A stretch of 64,000 nt of DNA from a virus: IMG/VR virus record IMGVR_UViG_3300045684_000009, positions 69,829 through 133,828 of that record; one strand, written 5' to 3'. Positions 55,351-63,425 of the stretch are shown one piece after another. The notes under the pieces were generated by a model. It was not told where the DNA came from and did no database searches. It was given only the letters and a program-made list of their open reading frames with translations. Positions within the stretch are counted from its first letter, which is position 1, and every line of letters starts with the position of its first letter. The translations under genes and the position numbers were made by a program.

Positions 55351-56322
55351 TTATTCTGGATTTAATATTAATTCATATTTACCACAGTCCTCACATCTAT
55401 AATACTCACTACTGAGTCCGTCAACATACATGTCACCTTCACAACTACGACATTCGATAGGGTCTTCTTCTCGATAGTAAGCTTCTAGAAGTTCTTTCAT
55501 AGACATGTTACTTTTAAACTGTTCAAATGATGCAGGTGTTTCTGCAGCTTTACTCCACCTATTTCCACTAAATTGCGTGAACAGTTCAATAAATAATTCT
55601 AAACATAACATTGCTTCACAGATGTTGACAATTTCTATATCGGTGTGTGCTTCATAATACCCGCAAGATACATTAGCTGCACAACACCCTGCTCCATTTA
55701 TTATAAGCTCACCTACATCAGTCATAGACCCAATGTTAAACTTATAACCGTATTCCCCAAGTAAACCATCGACAGCCATGTTGAATTCATTTGTAGTAGT
55801 GTTGACTCCGTTAGTATAGTTAACGAAATCGTTTGTATCTGACCTTCTGTCACCTTGTAATATAAAACAACAGTCTTCGAAAAAGGAGGTGTCAAAGTCC
55901 GTAGACCCTAGACACCCCACCTCTTCATCTACAAACAACACCACCTTACAAGCATCTAATGCGAGTAAGCATTCTAAACACAACCACACGCCTACTAAAT
56001 CATCACCCCCACATCCAACTTGTTCGTAATTGGATATTGCCATGAAGCAACCTTTGTGTTCTATGATGTCATAATCTTCACGGAAAATGTGCACTTGATC
56101 TAAATGCGCAACAACTGCTGGATAAAACTCACCATCTTTAGGTTTACCTTTCACTATAGATACGTTACCTAACGCATCCATATCCCAAGTCAATTTTATA
56201 CCTTTACTTTGCACATGAGTTATAACCTTTTGAGCAATACTCAACTGTTGCTTTAAGTCATAACTTTCTGCTTGTAGCGATAATAGAGTTTTTAATCTAT
56301 CTTTCTTTGTTAACATTTTCAA
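55351..56322 (-). CDS. M20/M28-family zinc peptidase with C-terminal zinc ribbon
   Basis: VAHLDQV, GGDD..G, DEEVGC.GS, DRR, TDV, GYY.AHT; C-terminal CRSC...CEDC. Confidence 0.85.
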   Translation of the reverse strand: MKMLTKKDRLKTLLSLQAESYDLKQQLSIAQKVITHVQSKGIKLTWDMDALGNVSIVKGKPKDGEFYPAVVAHLDQVHIFREDYDIIEHKGCFMAISNYEQVGCGGDDLVGVWLCLECLLALDACKVVLFVDEEVGCLGSTDFDTSFFEDCCFILQGDRRSDTNDFVNYTNGVNTTTNEFNMAVDGLLGEYGYKFNIGSMTDVGELIINGAGCCAANVSCGYYEAHTDIEIVNICEAMLCLELFIELFTQFSGNRWSKAAETPASFEQFKSNMSMKELLEAYYREEDPIECRSCEGDMYVDGLSSEYYRCEDCGKYELILNPE

Positions 56323-56327
56323 ACATT

Positions 56328-56361
56328 TTAATAATTAATAAACTGTGGTTGACCGAGGTTA
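56328..56361 (-). repeat. 34-bp direct repeat, copy 1 (contains the 20-bp palindrome)
   Basis: TTAATAATTAATAAACTGTGGTTGACCGAGGTTA, identical to 58366-58399 at 33 of 34 positions. Confidence 0.9.
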
Positions 56362-57018
56362 CGCATTCACAAAGAATAGGTTAGGTAAATCAAATACAAC
56401 ATTTTTCGATATATCTTCTGTACCACCATAATTAGTTACTAACTCTTCTGCCATCAAACTAGCCTCTGTGTTTATACGATGATATATAGAAATAGGGCTT
56501 CCACAAGGAGTGAGGTCATCTTCATCGTACTCTTGTCCTGACTCCAATGCGGCGTATTCAGCAGCTAAAGTTTTATAATCACCTCTAATTACTTCAACAT
56601 TACCACCACGAGCGTTAACACCTCCTGATATTACCAAAGGGTTACCAGTTATCCTTTCTAATATCGCAGCTCTTGCATGATAATTGTCAATAGCCAACAC
56701 AACAACATCGTTAGAATTTGTCCTAAGATATTTAACTTCTCTATCTTGAATTCTGATTGCACCCTCATCATCAATCATAGACGCTAAGTCTTTTATAGCA
56801 TCTACCTTTTTCATACCGATGTGTTTACGAAAGTAGGCTTGATTATTCAGATTCTTTTCCTCAACTACGTCCATATCATATGCTATGATTTTGGTAGAAA
56901 GATTGAGTCTACATAAGTTTTGAATAAAGAGCGAACCCATAGCCCCACACCCTACAACATGGATGTTTCCTTTGATTTTATCTCTGTCTATTACAGAGAA
57001 CGATTTTGTATTCAGCAT
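56359..57018 (-). CDS. ThiF/E1-family ubiquitin-like activating enzyme
   Basis: VVGCGAMG nucleotide loop, D.DVVEEKNLNNQ, IG.KKVDA, AIDN..AR, and candidate catalytic Cys172 (TPCG). No CxxC zinc motifs. Confidence 0.9.
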   Translation of the reverse strand: MLNTKSFSVIDRDKIKGNIHVVGCGAMGSLFIQNLCRLNLSTKIIAYDMDVVEEKNLNNQAYFRKHIGMKKVDAIKDLASMIDDEGAIRIQDREVKYLRTNSNDVVVLAIDNYHARAAILERITGNPLVISGGVNARGGNVEVIRGDYKTLAAEYAALESGQEYDEDDLTPCGSPISIYHRINTEASLMAEELVTNYGGTEDISKNVVFDLPNLFFVNA

Positions 57019-57034
57019 CTTTTTTATTTAATAA

Positions 57035-57994
57035 TTACCAATAATGTTGAAAATCTCTACGTTGGTATTCATTCCACAACTCAGTTCTACACTTGCCAAA
57101 TCTCTCAAGTATATCCTTGTCAACCATGTCTGTAAATACCTTGAAGGCTTCTGTATCATCTTCGGGTAAGTCTTCGAATATTTGATTTTGCAGCTCTAGC
57201 ATTTCTATTTTTGTTAGATTTCCTGGAAGCCGTACCTTGTTTGTTTCCACTTTTTTTTTACTGTAATTCTTAGATCCTCCGCCAGTTTGCGCTCCCGTTC
57301 TAGCGTATGCTTGATTCACACTTGTAATTACATTGTTATTATTATAATAACTGCCTCCCCACGATTTTGAAGAAAACTTAGTTTCAATTGCTTCATCTAA
57401 TTCGTCCGTAATCTTCTCAGACAATGGGTCACATAACAAGTTATAAGCTAGTAAATCACACTTTAAAAGAGCTTTGACGTCATCGACATCTTCGCAAGAT
57501 TTTATATCAAGCATTAGTGAATTCTCCATTTGTTCTTCGTCAATCGGTGCGTCGATAGATACGGGTACATTTTTAATATATATACCTCGGGTTGTATCAA
57601 CTATGTGTCCGAATATTTCCAACCTCTTATTCATAACTATTGAACAATTCCAACCTGAAAGGTCAGCTCTATCCACTATTTCTTCAAAATCTGTACCTGA
57701 TGCGAATACTGCCATGTTGACATGAGAATGCATGTGTCCTAAAGCTTTAGACATGTCTAAACCTTCAGCTAACAACTCTATCATGTCATCATCGTCGAAT
57801 TCAGTATGAGTACCTGTATTGACTTGATTAGGAATAAAGTAATCATACAATCTGAAACTGTCTTTATCTCTATCTGCATGAGTTATCACTGTAAACTCTT
57901 TGTCGTATTTCGACGTTAACATATACCTAAGAACTCTATACAGAGTCCAATCTATAGATATTTTATAATCTAGTTCTAAATTCTTAATTTCCAT
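57035..57994 (-). CDS. JAB/MPN+ (JAMM) metalloprotease, putative Ubl-processing/deconjugating enzyme
   Basis: Glu33 (KEF), P.Q.N, and an exact JAMM motif HSH-x7-S-x2-D (HSHVNMAVFASGTD). Confidence 0.9.
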   Translation of the reverse strand: MEIKNLELDYKISIDWTLYRVLRYMLTSKYDKEFTVITHADRDKDSFRLYDYFIPNQVNTGTHTEFDDDDMIELLAEGLDMSKALGHMHSHVNMAVFASGTDFEEIVDRADLSGWNCSIVMNKRLEIFGHIVDTTRGIYIKNVPVSIDAPIDEEQMENSLMLDIKSCEDVDDVKALLKCDLLAYNLLCDPLSEKITDELDEAIETKFSSKSWGGSYYNNNNVITSVNQAYARTGAQTGGGSKNYSKKKVETNKVRLPGNLTKIEMLELQNQIFEDLPEDDTEAFKVFTDMVDKDILERFGKCRTELWNEYQRRDFQHYW

Positions 57995-58007
57995 TTTAAA
58001 CGATTTG

Positions 58008-58041
58008 AAAAAGGCTAGGACTCTTGGAACGCCCTAGCCTT
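58008..58041 (-). terminator. Intrinsic terminator/attenuator after the Ubl gene
   Basis: Minus strand AAGGCTAGG...CCTAGCCTT followed by TTT. Confidence 0.7.
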
Positions 58042-58063
58042 AAATTAAATAATGTGAAGTATT

Positions 58064-58306
58064 CTAACTAAAGAAGTTTAGAATACGAGATAAAGCACTT
58101 TCATTCTTAGATTTGACACCAAGAACTCTTGCTACAACAAAGTCACTGTCTTCAAGTCTGTCATTAGTATCTCTGTTGTACAGAGTTATCTTTGACAAAT
58201 CTCTACCCAACTCACCTTCAAGAACTTGCTTAAGTTCTGAACACTGAGCACCATCTGATACCTCAACTGTTACTTTCTTACCTGCTGTTTCGAATGTTAC
58301 TAACAT
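58064..58306 (-). CDS. Ubiquitin-like (beta-grasp) protein
   Basis: 80 aa with a beta-beta-alpha-beta-beta pattern (VTFET / VTVEV / SELKQVLEGELG / ITLY / LEDSD..V.RVL) matching ubiquitin spacing. It sits between the E2-domain and JAB genes. Confidence 0.75.
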   Translation of the reverse strand: MLVTFETAGKKVTVEVSDGAQCSELKQVLEGELGRDLSKITLYNRDTNDRLEDSDFVVARVLGVKSKNESALSRILNFFS

Positions 58307-58365
58307 AATCGTTTGTGAAATTCTTTTGTTGTTTTTATTCTGCCATCTTCTCTTTGCAGAAATTG

Positions 58366-58399
58366 TTAATAATTAATAAACTGTGGTTGACCGATGTTA
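58366..58399 (-). repeat. 34-bp direct repeat, copy 2
   Basis: TTAATAATTAATAAACTGTGGTTGACCGATGTTA. Confidence 0.9.
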
Positions 58400-59803
58400 T
58401 AAATCAGTTAAAGAAACTGAATCTTCTTGATGTGCTACTTCTGTAGTCGATTCCATCTCCGTAACCTCTTGTTGCATTAACGCTGTTAAGGTTTCTGCCT
58501 CACGCTTTGCGGCGGCTGCTGCTTTTTTAGCTGCTAATGTCCTTCTTCTTTTCTCTAATGATGCTTTCTTCTTTTGAGCGTCTAACGCTGTTAACTCGTT
58601 GAACTTACTTAAAGAAACCCACCCTTTAGATTTGTATTCTTTGGGTTGGTCACTCGGTACTAACCATCTTCCTTCTATCGGCGAATATACAGTATCAGAG
58701 TCTAAATACCAAACACCGTTAATACGTTTTATTCCTAAATCCTCACCAACTGTGGCGTACCAAGAACCTTTAATATTAATTGCATCATTTCGATATGTAT
58801 AACCTTCTAAGTTTACACACCTGAATGCGTCAGATTTAGGTATCCAAACACCCTGATTTGATATAAGTGATTCTGACTTTACCAAGTTTATACCGAGACG
58901 TTCTGAATACACCATTTCTACGGCAGGTGCTAACCACCTTGTATAATACTTACCTGCTGTATCTCTTGAATTATAAGATTCAGAGAAGTTTTTCAACAGT
59001 ATTTTTATTATAGGTATGTTTAATGTAGTAATGGCTTCTGTCATTTCTGCATTTAAAGTACCTATACATAATGAATTAGTACGTAAATGGTGTGGGTGAT
59101 ACGCGTGTTCAAAGAATGCGTGTCTCTTTTCAGTACCTGACAGAATGTTTACAACCTTATCTGCGAGGTTTATTGTATAGGTTATATTACCTAAAAATAT
59201 GGGAACTCCTTGTCCTTGAACATCTGTTGCTGTAATGTCTTCAATGGTACACTTTAAAATATTTGAGTCATAAACCTCAAATCCAAAATTAAACATATCT
59301 TCTATTAACGCCTCAGAGTTTTTCTCACTTATTTCTAGTTCGTTTTTCAACTCTTGTTCGTGTTCCAACGCTGATATATACGAACGTTTAGCTCTATCAA
59401 TTGTAACCACAGCTTCACTGTGTCTACTTCTAACTAATGACTCTCGCTGACGCTTAAAGTGTAATAATGGAAACATATGCCGTACATACCTTATAGTGTC
59501 GTGTCTACTTAGATAGTCAATATCTAATAAACCCCGCATTATTTGCGCATCGGTTCTTTGCTTTGGACAATGGTATATTACCAAACTATTGTTGATTGTA
59601 GTAATTCTACCTAAACTTGTTTCATCATTTAAATAAAGCCGAACTGCAAACTTATCTTTAGCATATTTATCCGAGGTTAATTGAGAATCCGTCCTATAAA
59701 TTTTGTTAGGTTCTACATCCGCATTTAATTCTAACACCTCTATATTACCTTCCTCAAATGCTGCTTTAAAAGATGGTATACAATATTTTATTATATTCTC
59801 CAT
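58397..59803 (-). CDS. Multidomain protein with a prokaryotic E2 (UBC-like) conjugating domain
   Basis: Beta-strands followed by YHPHHLRTNSLCIG (HPx...C motif of UBC, Cys246) and a helix pair ending SYN..D..G...W. Flanked by a coiled coil and C-terminal repeats. Confidence 0.72.
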   Translation of the reverse strand: MENIIKYCIPSFKAAFEEGNIEVLELNADVEPNKIYRTDSQLTSDKYAKDKFAVRLYLNDETSLGRITTINNSLVIYHCPKQRTDAQIMRGLLDIDYLSRHDTIRYVRHMFPLLHFKRQRESLVRSRHSEAVVTIDRAKRSYISALEHEQELKNELEISEKNSEALIEDMFNFGFEVYDSNILKCTIEDITATDVQGQGVPIFLGNITYTINLADKVVNILSGTEKRHAFFEHAYHPHHLRTNSLCIGTLNAEMTEAITTLNIPIIKILLKNFSESYNSRDTAGKYYTRWLAPAVEMVYSERLGINLVKSESLISNQGVWIPKSDAFRCVNLEGYTYRNDAINIKGSWYATVGEDLGIKRINGVWYLDSDTVYSPIEGRWLVPSDQPKEYKSKGWVSLSKFNELTALDAQKKKASLEKRRRTLAAKKAAAAAKREAETLTALMQQEVTEMESTTEVAHQEDSVSLTDL

Positions 59804-59816
59804 GATATTTCTTTAT

Positions 59817-59850
59817 AAAAATAGCCTACCTCAAAAAAGAGGCAGGCTAT
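59817..59850 (-). terminator. Intrinsic terminator
   Basis: ATAGCCTaCCTC-AAAAAA-GAGGcAGGCTAT hairpin with a minus-strand T-run. Confidence 0.75.
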
Positions 59851-59877
59851 CAATCGTTTTAAAAATAAGGTTTGAAC

Positions 59878-60255
59878 TTAGTCCTCGTCGCTTTCGTCCT
59901 CGTCACTTACGCTAACCACCTCTACCGTTACAGGTTGAGTAGTTACGTTAACAGGAGTATTGAAGTAGTCTTTTTCTACTTGTTGTAACGCCTTTATCGC
60001 ATTAGTAGCTTCCGTGATCTTTTTAGCTATCAACGGAATACTGCTCCAATTTGGTTCTGTAGAATTCAAGTGGTCATAGATACTTGACTGAAGTGTTTCT
60101 CTGTCACCTTCCAATTTTATAATTTGAGACCTGAGTCCCATCTTTTGAATCTCTTCTACTCTTGCCAATTGGGCATCAGTGAGTTTCTTAGACCCAACCA
60201 TTTGAATCTTTTGGAATAAGTTCTTGAAGTTCTTTGCTCTAGCATTCTTTGCCAT
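59878..60255 (-). CDS. hypothetical coiled-coil early protein
   Basis: 125-aa ORF with an acidic tail, flanked by hairpins. Confidence 0.6.
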   Translation of the reverse strand: MAKNARAKNFKNLFQKIQMVGSKKLTDAQLARVEEIQKMGLRSQIIKLEGDRETLQSSIYDHLNSTEPNWSSIPLIAKKITEATNAIKALQQVEKDYFNTPVNVTTQPVTVEVVSVSDEDESDED

Positions 60256-60313
60256 AATAATAAAAGTTTTAAATTAATTAATTAAAAAAAGTTAAATAAT
60301 AAAGGTTTTTCTT

Positions 60314-60342
60314 AGTGCCTCACCCAAATAGGATGAGGCACT
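60314..60342. terminator. Stem-loop (terminator or processing site)
   Basis: AGTGCCTCA...TGAGGCACT, intergenic. Confidence 0.5.
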
Positions 60343-60596
60343 TACCATCACAATCTCTTTAGTTTATCTAAAGCTACATTGATTAGTTCTTCTTTCTCGT
60401 TTTCGTGTAGTGATTTTGATACTTTAATAAAGCCTAAAACACCTTTGAGTACAGAACTGTCTTTGCATGCTGCGATGGCATCTTTCACAAATTCATACAT
60501 AGAATTTCGATGTATCTTTGTTGTTTATCTCATATGTACAGTTTTAAGTTAACAATGTGGACTTGTTTAATGTTGTTCTACAATGGTTGACCAATG

Positions 60597-61997
60597 TTAC
60601 GACAGTTGGTCAATCTTAGTACAGTAACTAAGGTTAGCTGTACGTTGTGCTCTAAGAGTATTGACCTCATTTTGCAAGTTTGCAATTTGGGTAACTCTTA
60701 CTTTCTCCTCCGCATCAATTTGCATATTGATGTTTTGAAGCTTTTCTTTAATGCCGCCAAACACACTAGTGGCATTTTCGCTTTTAGCAATTAAGCCATT
60801 GATATTGGACTTACTACTTAAAGGATTTAGTTTCGATACTTTTTCAAACATAATTTGAATTTTTAATGATTAAATAATAAATGATTCCTCCATGACTTCG
60901 TTCAGTGCTTCTTGGAGTATGTTATCTGATATGACGGGTGCAAATGACTTCATATGACACCACCAAATCTTACTGAAGAGTAGTGTAGCACAATCTCTAC
61001 ACCTTAATGCTGAATTTTCAGGCATTTTAAGTCCTATATCTATCTTCATACCGCAACATAGTTTCGATATATTTAATATAGTATATATGTCACCTTTTCT
61101 AAACGCACCATCTGAGTGACTCACTAGTGCTACAACTTGTGTTCCTACTTGCATATCTCTTACATTATAGGTGTACCATTTAATTTAAATAAAGTATAAC
61201 TGGCATCGTAGGGGTCTTTGTGTTTAAATCCACCCTCAAATCTCAATTTAGTAGCTTCGAGGATATTCTTTAATTTCCAACCATCACGTAAGAGTCTATA
61301 AATCTCTTTCATTGCGGTGTTATGAGTCACACCCATAGACTTCTCCATTTGCGCTATATTGTATAATCTAGCAAACCACGCTTGAACCTTATAAGCCCAC
61401 TTCACGAACTCTGCTGAGAATAACTTCTCTATCCAAGAGTCACCGTCATCTGTGATTACATTGACATATCTGTTTTTATACTTGATAATTGTCTTAGCTG
61501 ATTGTTGATCTAAACTTGAAAAATATCTCATTTTAATTGTTTTTTATTTATTATCAATAACATCTGTTGACCGAGGTTTAAAAACCCACCACACCACTAC
61601 TTTTAGCGGTGGGTGGTAAAATTCAAAATATCACGAAAGTATTTTAGTCTTTTACATATACATAGTAGTTCTGATGTATATCAGCTTCCATGTAACCTAT
61701 TGTGTCTCTACCTCTAATAACTCTATAAGTTCCATCATCTAACAATATGAACTTAATGTCTGTTTCATATATGTAACCACTTCCACAATTCATGTGAAAA
61801 GTGTACATACCTAAACCTCTGTCTATTAATATGTAACCTACATGCTCTGAGAGGTCATTAGAACCGTCGTAAGAGAAGATCTCCGACTCGACGATAGAAT
61901 ATGAGTGTAAGTCTGAAAAGTCCATCTCAACGCCTTGTGTGAAGGCTGAGGTGGTGATGAATAATATCGCTAATAATACGTTAATTGTCTTTTTCAT
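60597..61997 (-). other. Small early genes (four hypothetical ORFs; one Cys-rich, one exported)
   Basis: ORFs 60597..60851, 60870..61154, 61160..61531 and 61644..61997. Confidence 0.55.
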
Positions 61998-62028
61998 GGT
62001 ATTTAATGTTTAAATGTTAATAATAACT

Positions 62029-62691
62029 TTAACATGCTGTTTGTAATTTTAAGGTTTTCAATATGTTTAATGTATATCTTTCGCATCCGCTAGGATATAT
62101 TTTACCCTCCACAAGTTTTAGGTTGGTATCTCCCGTGACGTTCACGGTGATATACTTGTCACTTGGTTTAGAAGAGTATTTGATTGATATGGTGGTGTAC
62201 ATATCAAAACAGTCAGATGTTCGTTCTATAGCTTTACAGTACTTATAGATGTCTTCCATTATTTGCTTCTGTTTTGCGGTGGATAGATGTACATTAAGTA
62301 AACCACCACCAACAATCTTAGAACCTCTGTTGACCGAGGCTCGCATTGACACAGACACAGAGGTATTCGAATCTTCAAACTTGGCTTGATGCTTCTCAAT
62401 TAGAATATTACGTTCTAACTTAGAATATTTCATCACATGTCGTAACTGACTACGACTCTTAATAGTCTTATTTTTAACAAATCTACGAGTGTAGCCGTTA
62501 TCGCATATTTCGTTGTAGGCTTTTACAGCTAATTCTAGAGGACATCTTTCAGCACCTGACCTTAGCCAGTACGCGTCTCTGTCTTGTGGTTCTCTGTAAA
62601 CATACTCTCTTCTTTCTAATTCAGAGAATATTCTTCTTATTTGATTTTTAGATAAGGCTTTCAATCCTTTTGATAGGTCTATTCGCTGCAT
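62029..62691 (-). CDS. hypothetical basic early protein
   Basis: The likely start is ATG 62691 (MQRIDL), preceded by the leader AAAATATCACATT shared with the next gene. Confidence 0.6.
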   Translation of the reverse strand: MQRIDLSKGLKALSKNQIRRIFSELERREYVYREPQDRDAYWLRSGAERCPLELAVKAYNEICDNGYTRRFVKNKTIKSRSQLRHVMKYSKLERNILIEKHQAKFEDSNTSVSVSMRASVNRGSKIVGGGLLNVHLSTAKQKQIMEDIYKYCKAIERTSDCFDMYTTISIKYSSKPSDKYITVNVTGDTNLKLVEGKIYPSGCERYTLNILKTLKLQTAC

Positions 62692-62794
62692 AATGTGATA
62701 TTTTGTAAAAGAGTTTAAAAAACCCACCACACAACTACGTTTAATTGTGGGTGGTAAATTATCAAATAGGTAATAGTAAGTGTGAAAAAATAAA

Positions 62795-62989
62795 TTAACT
62801 TTGGTTGACCGATGTTTTCTTTCTTGTAGCGTTCGACTTATTGGCAAGATCTTCTGCTAATGAAAACGCTAAGAACTGCTGTTCCTTTTTAGCATCTCTC
62901 AAGCACATCTTCATATGTGCTATTTTATCAGTAAGATGTTCAATCTTACCGCTTACTGTTGTGTACCGTTGTAATCTGTCGTCTTTCAT
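62795..62989 (-). CDS. hypothetical early protein (first gene of the minus-strand unit)
   Basis: The likely start is ATG 62989 (MKDDRL), with the same AAAATATCACATT leader. Confidence 0.5.
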   Translation of the reverse strand: MKDDRLQRYTTVSGKIEHLTDKIAHMKMCLRDAKKEQQFLAFSLAEDLANKSNATRKKTSVNQS

Positions 62990-63155
62990 AATGTGATATT
63001 TTAAAGGTTTGAAAAACCACCGCAATAATACAACTGCGGTGGTAAATTAGAAACAATGAATAATATAAAATAGGGTCGCAGTTTAGTCTGCTTTAATTCC
63101 ATCACCTCTGTGTAACAGTCAGCAAGTCTTTAATTTTATTTTAACCCTATTGTTT

Positions 63156-63262
63156 AACATTGGTCAACCATTGTTTGTGGTTATGAACCTCGGTCAACCA
63201 ATGTTTGTGTTTTGGTAACCTCGGCTACCGATGTTTTGTTATAAACCTCGGCTACCAATGTT
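63156..63262. repeat. Tandem array of four copies of the palindromic motif
   Basis: Copies at 63156, 63186, 63217 and 63244, separated by 10, 11 and 8 nt. Confidence 0.9.
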
Positions 63263-63277
63263 CTGCTTTTTTTGTGC

Positions 63278-63325
63278 TTATATATATATATGTTTTCAAG
63301 TTGGTACTATATATATATATATATA
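63278..63325. repeat. Two (TA)n tracts
   Basis: TATATA... runs at about 63278-63291 and 63308-63324. Confidence 0.85.
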
Positions 63326-63367
63326 CGTACAATAAGCCTTATAAAACTTTAATCTAGTCTTAGACAA

Positions 63368-63425
63368 CAAATATACAAATAAAGAAATAGCTAATAGTTA
63401 AGAAAATGTTAAGGAAATGTTAAGG
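63368..63425 (-). promoter_or_regulatory. Probable strong host-type early promoter with upstream 11-bp direct repeats
   Basis: Minus strand TTTGTATATTTG (perfect TAnnTTTG) at 63368-63379, with GTTAAG repeated at 63397/63408/63419. Confidence 0.6.

Noticed and set aside
56359-58306. Thiamine/molybdopterin sulfur-carrier pathway (ThiF + ThiS/MoaD)
   Set aside because: The small protein has no GG terminus, there are no ThiG/MoaE/desulfurase genes, and an E2-like gene is adjacent.
49933-60598. Integron attC sites (TAAC...GTT elements overlapping stop codons)
   Set aside because: The elements are only 20 bp, far shorter than attC. Many copies are intragenic and no integrase is visible.
1394-62996. 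Numerous short plus-strand ORFs antisense to minus-strand genes (and minus-strand ORFs inside the 31-35 kb island)
   Set aside because: They are shadow frames overlapping well-supported genes, with Ser/Leu/Ile-rich antisense composition.
63156-63262. CRISPR array
   Set aside because: The repeats are 19-20 bp with only 8-11-nt spacers, the same motif is dispersed across the window, and there are no cas genes.
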